DNA of 50,456 bases from a virus (Duplodnaviria; Caudoviricetes), in IMG/VR virus record IMGVR_UViG_3300027985_000306, positions 1-50,456 of that record; one strand, written 5' to 3'. A model generated the notes under the pieces. It was not told where the DNA came from, searched no databases, and saw only the letters and a program-made list of their open reading frames with translations. The position numbers and the translations under genes are program-made. Positions 36,176-42,448 of this stretch are shown in pieces. Position 1 is the stretch's first letter. Each line of letters begins with the position of its first letter.

Positions 36176-36388
36176 TTACCTCTGGTTTTTGGTTTGAAAC
36201 CTCTCTTCGAGCCGCTCCGCCCGCTCACCGCTGAGTAGGAGATACCGACACTCGAAGTTGTTTTCGTTGACTTGTTGCACCCACTTGAGTTGGTACCACT
36301 CGAAGGAGTTATCCGACGCTCTGGTCGAGCGCATGTACAACTTGCCGTGGTGCTGAATGATTTCGTGAGTCACGAAAGTTGTCATCAT
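36176..36388 (-). CDS. Hypothetical protein
   Basis: 70 aa ORF in operon. Confidence 0.55.
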   Translation of the reverse strand: MMTTFVTHEIIQHHGKLYMRSTRASDNSFEWYQLKWVQQVNENNFECRYLLLSGERAERLEERFQTKNQR

Positions 36389-36651
36389 TCGATCTCGGCT
36401 GTGTGAACGAAGAGAACATCTCGGTCGTTGCCGAAGTAGATAGTAACATCCCCACCTTCGTTGGCGAGGAGTTCAACTGCTTCAGCAAGCGAGATGTCAT
36501 GCATGGACTCCCAGGTTTCGCTAATGCGTTCCCAAGAGATGTAATTCGGCGGCAAGCCGATCTTGTCGATGCCCGCTTTGAGAGCATCATTCGGGAGACG
36601 GAAGACTCTCGCCTTACCGCTTCCTGTGTACATAGTGAATACTCGTTCCAT
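36385..36651 (-). CDS. Hypothetical protein
   Basis: 88 aa ORF with an AC-rich leader. Confidence 0.6.
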   Translation of the reverse strand: MERVFTMYTGSGKARVFRLPNDALKAGIDKIGLPPNYISWERISETWESMHDISLAEAVELLANEGGDVTIYFGNDRDVLFVHTAEIE

Positions 36652-36671
36652 TGTCGTGTTGGTTTGGTTGA

Positions 36672-36712
36672 GAAGAAAAGAACGAAGGGGACGGGGGACC
36701 GAAGTCCCCCCG
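36672..36712 (-). terminator. UUCG-capped hairpin / weak terminator
   Basis: CGGGGGGAC-TTCG-GTCCCCCG followed by a pyrimidine run (TTCGTTCTTTTCTT). Confidence 0.5.
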
Positions 36713-36720
36713 CACAGGGC

Positions 36721-36927
36721 CTAACCCCACCCTGCCAGTTTCCTAAGGGTTCTCGTCATATAGCCGAGACGCCACATTCCGCGTCTCAGGGGCACTTGCC
36801 AGACATACGGGTTTTGATACCTTTTTGACTGACGGCCCCACTTGTAAGCCGTACGGAGAAGACGAATCCTTGTGTTCCAGTCCATGATGTTGTTTGGTTT
36901 AGGAGTGAAGGTAGGTCTGATCTTCAA
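36721..36927 (-). CDS. Hypothetical basic protein
   Basis: 68 aa; AY..G.......NPY......W..GY pattern resembles ribosome-modulation-factor-like phage proteins (weak). Confidence 0.45.
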   Translation of the reverse strand: MKIRPTFTPKPNNIMDWNTRIRLLRTAYKWGRQSKRYQNPYVWQVPLRRGMWRLGYMTRTLRKLAGWG

Positions 36928-37537
36928 CCAGGTGCTCGATCAGGTCGTTGTAGTCGTACTCCGGCATGACATCGCGGAAGTGTTGCTCCGGGTCGCCGTA
37001 CATCCCGTTCCGCTTGTTATGCACTCGGGTGAGAACGACGTGCTGCGTGATCGGGTAGTAAGTGAAGTCGACGATGTAGATGGTCATGCTTTGGCTCGTC
37101 CACGCGTATGAGTCGATGAACTTAGGCTGCCTGCGCTCGTAGCGATCCTCCTCGGCTTCAAGCGCTTTCTTGAGTTCGCCCAAGTCGTTGTACATGTCCG
37201 GCTCGTCCTCAACCATGTCATGTTCGAGAGCCAGTTCCCACTCGGACTTCTCACGAGTGATGATCGCCTGGTAGACAGCAGGCTTGCGGCACCAGCGGCC
37301 ATGTTCGTTCGTGTGGTAGCCACGCATCGGGTTCTGAACCCTGCGCCGGACCGAGAAGCCGAAGTTCTTGAGGCCACTGTAGATCGAGAAAGCCTGACCC
37401 TGTGTGAGATCACTAACGACGAGTCCTTCATCCTCCGCGAGTTGCTCGGCCTTGCGATAAACTTCGCTGTGGTTCCAGCAAATCGGCGCAGGGAGATCCG
37501 CGCGTTTCATGACCTGCATGTTGTGTTTGGGATGCAT
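36899..37537 (-). CDS. Hypothetical protein
   Basis: Start placed at MHPKH (37537), downstream of hammerhead HH-A; the longer ORF-track start runs through the ribozyme. Confidence 0.6.
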   Translation of the reverse strand: MHPKHNMQVMKRADLPAPICWNHSEVYRKAEQLAEDEGLVVSDLTQGQAFSIYSGLKNFGFSVRRRVQNPMRGYHTNEHGRWCRKPAVYQAIITREKSEWELALEHDMVEDEPDMYNDLGELKKALEAEEDRYERRQPKFIDSYAWTSQSMTIYIVDFTYYPITQHVVLTRVHNKRNGMYGDPEQHFRDVMPEYDYNDLIEHLVEDQTYLHS

Positions 37538-37577
37538 GATGTTACCTCTTTCCTTAGTGCTAAAAGCGATGACTGCT

Positions 37578-37650
37578 GGCATCGTCAGACCTTGGGAACA
37601 ACCCCAAGATGACCGGAGGCGAAGCCTAAGCAACAACCTCCGGTTTCGCC
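37578..37650 (-). ncRNA. Type II hammerhead ribozyme (HH-A)
   Basis: GGC-GAAA-[CCGGAGG/CCTCCGG]-TC^-[ATCTTGGGG/TCCCAAGGT]-CTGACGA-T-GCC. Complete core; predicted GUC cleavage between 37611 and 37610. Confidence 0.9.
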
Positions 37651-37851
37651 TTATTTGCTGCTGTTCTTGTGCTCCTGGTAGATCGCCTCGATGCCGACGT
37701 TGGCGGGGTAGTCGATCTTCCTGGCCGCACCGGGAACGATGTACTCAGTCCACTGGACGTGCAGCGTCTCGAAGTCTTCGTATCTGTGGTAGAGCGTGCC
37801 GTTGATGTACAGCCGCTCGGTGTGGGCGAAGATGTTGACGTGGGCTTTCAT
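37651..37851 (-). CDS. Hypothetical protein
   Basis: 66 aa; its TAA stop abuts HH-A. Confidence 0.6.
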   Translation of the reverse strand: MKAHVNIFAHTERLYINGTLYHRYEDFETLHVQWTEYIVPGAARKIDYPANVGIEAIYQEHKNSSK

Positions 37852-37907
37852 GTTGTTTCGTTGGTTTAGACCAAAGGGTCCGTTCTTTGTAAGATAATCG
37901 AACGAAG

Positions 37908-38072
37908 TTACCTCTCGGCGTTGTTGTTTTTAAGGAGCTCCGCCCATTGCTTATACAAGCGAGGAGGGAGATTCTTGCGAGCGTGCTCATCAAGCCTCTT
38001 GTCAAGTTGCTTGATCAGAAGCGCTCGGATCCTACTCGGATCATGTGGGATGTTGTCAAGGTCGATGTTCAT
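37908..38072 (-). CDS. Small hypothetical protein (54 aa, not in ORF track)
   Basis: MNIDLDNIPHDPSRIRALLIKQLDKRLDEHARKNLPPRLYKQWAELLKNNNAER*. Confidence 0.55.
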   Translation of the reverse strand: MNIDLDNIPHDPSRIRALLIKQLDKRLDEHARKNLPPRLYKQWAELLKNNNAER

Positions 38073-38075
38073 AGC

Positions 38076-38273
38076 TTAGAGTAGTACGACAACTCGGAGC
38101 TGAGCCTTGTTGCCTTGTTCGTCACGGTCGCAGACCAGGAAATCGTCGAACGTCGCGTGACGTTCAACCATATCATTCAGAGGGGTGTCCTTCGGCACCT
38201 CCATGAACATTTCGAGATCCCCAAACTTCGCTTGGATGCCTTGGAGAATCTCAATGGCTTCACTGACTTTCAT
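38076..38273 (-). CDS. Hypothetical protein
   Basis: MKVSEAIEILQ....GDL.; first gene after the promoter at 38354-38382. Confidence 0.65.
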   Translation of the reverse strand: MKVSEAIEILQGIQAKFGDLEMFMEVPKDTPLNDMVERHATFDDFLVCDRDEQGNKAQLRVVVLL

Positions 38274-38353
38274 GACAAGAACCTCCTTGTTGTTGTGAAA
38301 CAGTTATGTAAGGGGCCTTAGCCCCGCCCCGATGTTCTATCACCGGGGAATAC

Positions 38354-38382
38354 AAGTTACGAAAAAATCAAACCAAAGTCAA
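38354..38382 (-). promoter_or_regulatory. Sigma70-type early promoter
   Basis: TTGACT-17 nt-TAACTT upstream of the small early-gene operon. Confidence 0.65.
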
Positions 38383-38429
38383 GCCTGTACGGTCGTTTTT
38401 GTCTAGGAAAAGACGCACGTTGATTACAT

Positions 38430-38676
38430 GTAACATCGTAACCTTGTAACCTTGTAACCCCACCACCCTCTCCCCCCAACGGTATCAAACGTAGACGGAC
38501 ACCTACTCTCTACCTTCCCTTCTATCTATCTTCTTTACTTAGTTATTTTTTTCTTTTTTTTTTTAAAGAGAGAGAGAAAGAAAGATAGAAAGAAAGCGCC
38601 GGTCTATGTCCGAGCCGGGACAGAGGAGAGGGGGACATGGTTACATGATTACATGGTTACACAGTTACAACGTTAC
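38430..38676. repeat. Inverted arrays of 8-nt-period GTAAC/GTTAC repeats around a pyrimidine/purine tract (candidate replication origin)
   Basis: GTAAC at 38430, 38438, 38446, 38454; (G/A)TTAC at 38640, 38648, 38656, 38664, 38672; central T-rich then AG-rich tract. Confidence 0.75.
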
Positions 38677-39081
38677 GAATCAGGGGGTCGGAAAGTGCAA
38701 CTACAACACATACCGCAGATAGAAGACAGTTGAGCTTAAATCCACATCCAATCGGGCTGTTTTCTTATTTTTCCTCTTAGCACATAGGACTACGTATATC
38801 GGTGTCTAGCCACATCGCCATACCGACCCCGGCCCCCTTCGTGTAGTTCGTCACACTGTAGCTCACGCTATTTAACTCCCCCTAACAACTACCCCTACCA
38901 GTCAACAACGTTATGGCTTGTACTACGTATATACCCCAACACCTCGTCACACTGTAGCAAGCGGAGCTTCGCCCTACTAGACCATTTTCCTTCGCGGGTG
39001 TAGTACAGCCGTTATTGTACATGGGCCGCCCCCATGCCAGCAAGAACGCAATAACGGTCTTCTACGGTCGTTTATGTACAT

Positions 39082-39120
39082 AAAAAAAGGGACAACCGCT
39101 TACGCGTGGTTGTCCCTTTC
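39082..39120 (-). terminator. Rho-independent terminator of the first early cassette
   Basis: AAAGGGACAACC...GGTTGTCCC followed by TTTTTTT. Confidence 0.85.
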
Positions 39121-39150
39121 TTGTATGGATAAGGGTTGCTTTTTCCTTAC

Positions 39151-39375
39151 TTACTTGTTCGCGTTCATGTTCGCACTTCCGTTCACTTCAACGTGAAGGA
39201 ATCCGAACATTCCCTTACGGAATTTGACCTGTACTTCAACGGGCACGTTGAACGTTTCCGATGTGTACGTGAAGGTCACGCTTTCCGCGTCTTGTGTGCC
39301 GTTCAACATCTTGTATGAGGCTTCAAGCAACAAATCCTCAACAATCCGTTCGGCTTGTTTCTTTGGGAAGAACAT
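39151..39375 (-). CDS. Hypothetical early protein
   Basis: 74 aa; shares the atypical codon usage of its upstream neighbour. Confidence 0.65.
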   Translation of the reverse strand: MFFPKKQAERIVEDLLLEASYKMLNGTQDAESVTFTYTSETFNVPVEVQVKFRKGMFGFLHVEVNGSANMNANK

Positions 39376-39380
39376 GACGT

Positions 39381-40094
39381 TTACTTGTTGTCGTTGTTGT
39401 TGTCGTTGTCGGTACCTTCGTTGTTCGCGGATTCCTTCGCTTTCTTCGCTTCGATCATTGCCTTTTCACGTGCTTCCAACAATGCGATCAAGGCGCGAAC
39501 ATCTTCCGGGGTTTCGGCTTTGGTTTCCTTCAACAACTTGTCGGTCTTTTCTTCCGTTGACAACGGATACTCCATCGGCACACCGATGTTGTTGAATCCA
39601 ACCTCAACAACGGGGATGGATTCCTTCACATCTTCCATCTTGCCGCCCAAGGCGGCTTTCCGGCGAACGGTGCGGGTGATACGCTTTCCATCGTTCAACG
39701 GCTTTCCGTCTTCACCGATCGCCCCCCATGACTTCCAGAAGCGATGAAAGGCGGCTTTCGTCTTCGGCTTGTCCCTGTTCACTCGTGCGAACGTGACAAC
39801 CTTTTTACGTGCCGCTTCCTTCAAGATCGGCTTCAATTCAACCCCGGCGAAGTTGACGTGCAACATGATGTATTCACCCGTTGTGTTGTCCCCTTCGTCT
39901 TTGTCGTATCCAACATGCGTCAACAGCTTGATAACTGCTTCCGGCACATCGGGGACAACGAACATCGGCTCCTCTTTCTTCGCTTCCGGCTTCACGTCAT
40001 TCGTTGACGTATCGGCTTCCACGGCTTCCACGGCTTCAACAACGTCCGTTGTTGCCGCTTCAACGGCTTCAACTTTCTTGGCTTGCTTTGACAT
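39381..40094 (-). CDS. Hypothetical early protein (237 aa, charged), probably first gene transcribed
   Basis: Start MSKQAKK at 40094 after an AC-rich leader; EAV repeats; GAA/CAA/TTG-biased codons. Confidence 0.75.
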   Translation of the reverse strand: MSKQAKKVEAVEAATTDVVEAVEAVEADTSTNDVKPEAKKEEPMFVVPDVPEAVIKLLTHVGYDKDEGDNTTGEYIMLHVNFAGVELKPILKEAARKKVVTFARVNRDKPKTKAAFHRFWKSWGAIGEDGKPLNDGKRITRTVRRKAALGGKMEDVKESIPVVEVGFNNIGVPMEYPLSTEEKTDKLLKETKAETPEDVRALIALLEAREKAMIEAKKAKESANNEGTDNDNNNDNK

Positions 40095-40222
40095 TGGTTC
40101 GGTGTTTGTTGCCCTTGTAAGGGCAATGTGTACGTTCCAGCGGCAAAGCAACCCTTATCCCTTCAACTTCAATCCCAACTTCCCATCGGGCGAACAAGAA
40201 ACCGTCCCTTGTCCCCCCGTCC

Positions 40223-40241
40223 CCCACACATTCAAAGAACA
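40223..40241 (-). promoter_or_regulatory. boxA/boxC-like antitermination signal
   Basis: TGTTCTTTGAA immediately followed by TGTGTGGG in the 5' leader. Confidence 0.55.
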
Positions 40242-40390
40242 CGCTTGCAACCACGCTTGCGCTTGCGCAAACGCGTTGCGCGTACGCATGGAAATGTTCA
40301 AAAGATCCCTGTTTATGTGAATCTAACATGAAGACGGATTCATGCAGGGTTGGCATAACAAGTTAAGTCTAATGTTTACACGCGCTGGAC

Positions 40391-40418
40391 ATAGTATGAA
40401 TCGTGTAAAAAGATACAA
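40391..40418 (-). promoter_or_regulatory. Putative early promoter
   Basis: TTGTAT-16 nt-TACTAT. Confidence 0.45.
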
Positions 40419-40433
40419 GTGAAGACCGTTGTT

Positions 40434-40483
40434 CAACCCGCCCCCCGTACATCAAGCGCCGTGAACAACCCGCCCCCCGTACA
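40434..40483. repeat. 18-bp direct repeat x2
   Basis: CAACCCGCCCCCCGTACA at 40434-40451 and 40466-40483. Confidence 0.85.
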
Positions 40484-40776
40484 CAACATGCGATGTTCAC
40501 CGGCTTTGATATAACCGCTTTGTGTAAACGCTGGAATAATATGCATTTAAGGAGCACCCCCCTTGGGGAACAACGTCCTGGATTGTAGAACGTCAAGCAT
40601 CGACACAATATGGGAGGGTTCTAGCTTTTCCCACATCTTTGTTCACTTCACTCTTGTTCGCCCCGCTTAACAAATTTGTTTTAAACAATTTGTGTGTTGG
40701 GGCTGCTTGCGTTTGGTCGGCGCGTTCTTTATTGTTACGCTGTTCGCCGGACTTTTGTTAGATCACTAAGAAAGCC

Positions 40777-41322
40777 ATGTCAGACGACAGCAACGCAGCC
40801 GCTAGGATCTTCGATATTGATTCCGGGCGCACTAGTCCCGGTTCGTATCAGCTTAAGAAGATGCGGGCTGTCCATCGCCGGATCGCAGAACACGCCGCCC
40901 TAGGTATGAAGGACAAGGACATCGCAGCCGTGGTAGGGGTCACGCCGCAGACCGTAAGCTACACGCGGAAGTCTCAAGTCGTTCAGGACTACATGGACAT
41001 CCTAGAGAGTGCGGCCGCCGGTCAGACAATCGACACGCTGAAGGAACTACGAGAACTCGCGCCCTTCGCGGCGAGGACTCTCGAAATTCTAATGCTGAAT
41101 CCAAACACCGACGACAAGATTCGTGCTAGTGTCGCCCAGGATCTACTTGATCGCGCCGGATATGCTCCGGTGAAGAAGGTAGCCACAGCCCATATGAACG
41201 TTCTCGATACACAGGACATCAAGGACATCAAGAAGAGGGCTCGGGAAGCTGGCGTTATGCTTACATCCCCCGACGCTAGCTCTGTTACAGCCTTGGACAT
41301 AGACGACGACTCCGACGAATGA
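40777..41322 (+). CDS. terS: Terminase small subunit (putative)
   Basis: N-terminal HTH (KDIAAVVGVTPQTVS) and A.DLLDRAGY motif; first late-strand gene. Confidence 0.65.
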   Translation: MSDDSNAAARIFDIDSGRTSPGSYQLKKMRAVHRRIAEHAALGMKDKDIAAVVGVTPQTVSYTRKSQVVQDYMDILESAAAGQTIDTLKELRELAPFAARTLEILMLNPNTDDKIRASVAQDLLDRAGYAPVKKVATAHMNVLDTQDIKDIKKRAREAGVMLTSPDASSVTALDIDDDSDE

Positions 41323-41699
41323 GCGCCGCTAAGTGGAATCGAGATTTCGAAGAGAACTCCCAGTTCGACTTCTACGTGACGAAGTACGACTCGGAGTGTA
41401 CGCCTCAATCCGTAACGGGTTGGGGAGCTAAGTTTCAAGTACGAGCTGATCGGCTGGTCACATCGCCAGTCATCTATGAAGCCACTGTCGGTGCGGGAAT
41501 TACGGTGGAACCCGGCGGAGTGACAGGGTTATTTCATATCTTGTTGACGGTGCCTCAAGTCAACAGCCCTGGGGTGATAGGGTGGACCCGTGGCTTCTAT
41601 GACTTGGTAGTGTGGCCGGCCGACGGCTCGATAATTGACCAGGCCAAGCGCCTCGTTGAAGGCGTGGCTACCTGGAAACCTGCTGCTACGCACCCCTGA
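41319..41699 (+). CDS. Tail fibre attachment / BppU-like Ig-fold protein (putative)
   Basis: TGW.AKFQVR...G...I.LT...YDLVV...RLVEG pattern. Confidence 0.55.
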   Translation: MSAAKWNRDFEENSQFDFYVTKYDSECTPQSVTGWGAKFQVRADRLVTSPVIYEATVGAGITVEPGGVTGLFHILLTVPQVNSPGVIGWTRGFYDLVVWPADGSIIDQAKRLVEGVATWKPAATHP

Positions 41700-42448
41700 T
41701 GGCTGAAGATCCCTACATCTTAGCCGATGGGCAGGACTACATTGCCGAGAAAGACCCCACGCGGGAAGAGGGCATTATAGTCAAAGAAGCGAAACCAGTT
41801 AAACTCTATCTTCCTGGTGAATTCCTGGTACTAGGCCGTGAGCTTTGTCTCCCGAATGAATCCTTCTACATGGTCCCGGACTACGCTCTGTGCGCCGTCA
41901 TGGGGAAGGATCAGATCTGCGAGGAGCTTACAGGTACCGCTCGCGTCGTCTGGTGCACGACTCACCCAGCAGACGGCGTAGTATATGCATCACTCGTAGG
42001 CCCTACGGGACCGTGGATACAGGTTGCTGCTCACTCCGATGATCGACAATGCCACGATCTTGAGTTCCCTGTGCTTGGAGTCGATATCAAGCACTGGTTT
42101 TATGTTGAGTCTACAAGCGCTCTTACTGGCGTTACTCTACAAGGCAGCGGTATTTTCTGCTCCGGAGTTGTCCTTGTTGTTGCTACGTCCGCTACATTCG
42201 CGTTCCTTACGGTTACTAAGAAGAGCTATACGTCGATAGATCTCGTGGTAGACGAGAACGACATGTATGGCGCTCCGAAGTTTCCAGATTTGCTTGTGTC
42301 TTCTAACGAAGCTACTTACGACCCAGGACTTACCACCTACGCTTACACTCCTACAGGAGCAGAAGAGCAACTGACTGATCTTACGATTAGTGCAGTAGAT
42401 GAAAGTGATATGTACTCTGGGATTAAGAGCATGACAATCACGCCATGA
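41699..42448 (+). CDS. Putative virion structural protein
   Basis: 249 aa, beta-rich, with an Fn3-like stretch (VVWCT...Y.....WFYVES). Confidence 0.45.
   Translation: MAEDPYILADGQDYIAEKDPTREEGIIVKEAKPVKLYLPGEFLVLGRELCLPNESFYMVPDYALCAVMGKDQICEELTGTARVVWCTTHPADGVVYASLVGPTGPWIQVAAHSDDRQCHDLEFPVLGVDIKHWFYVESTSALTGVTLQGSGIFCSGVVLVVATSATFAFLTVTKKSYTSIDLVVDENDMYGAPKFPDLLVSSNEATYDPGLTTYAYTPTGAEEQLTDLTISAVDESDMYSGIKSMTITP

Larger units (their letters stand above)
39127..40160. repeat. Perfect 16-bp inverted repeat flanking two genes
   Basis: GGATAAGGGTTGCTTT at 39127-39142 and AAAGCAACCCTTATCC at 40145-40160. Confidence 0.9.

Noticed and set aside
36743-36752. Extra TAAGGGTT copy of the inverted-repeat motif
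   Set aside because: Only 8-10 nt and inside a coding region; compatible with chance.
38545-38565. Poly-T run as an assembly artefact or simple terminator
   Set aside because: It lies at the centre of a symmetric repeat structure and has no adjacent GC hairpin, though the exact homopolymer length may be uncertain.
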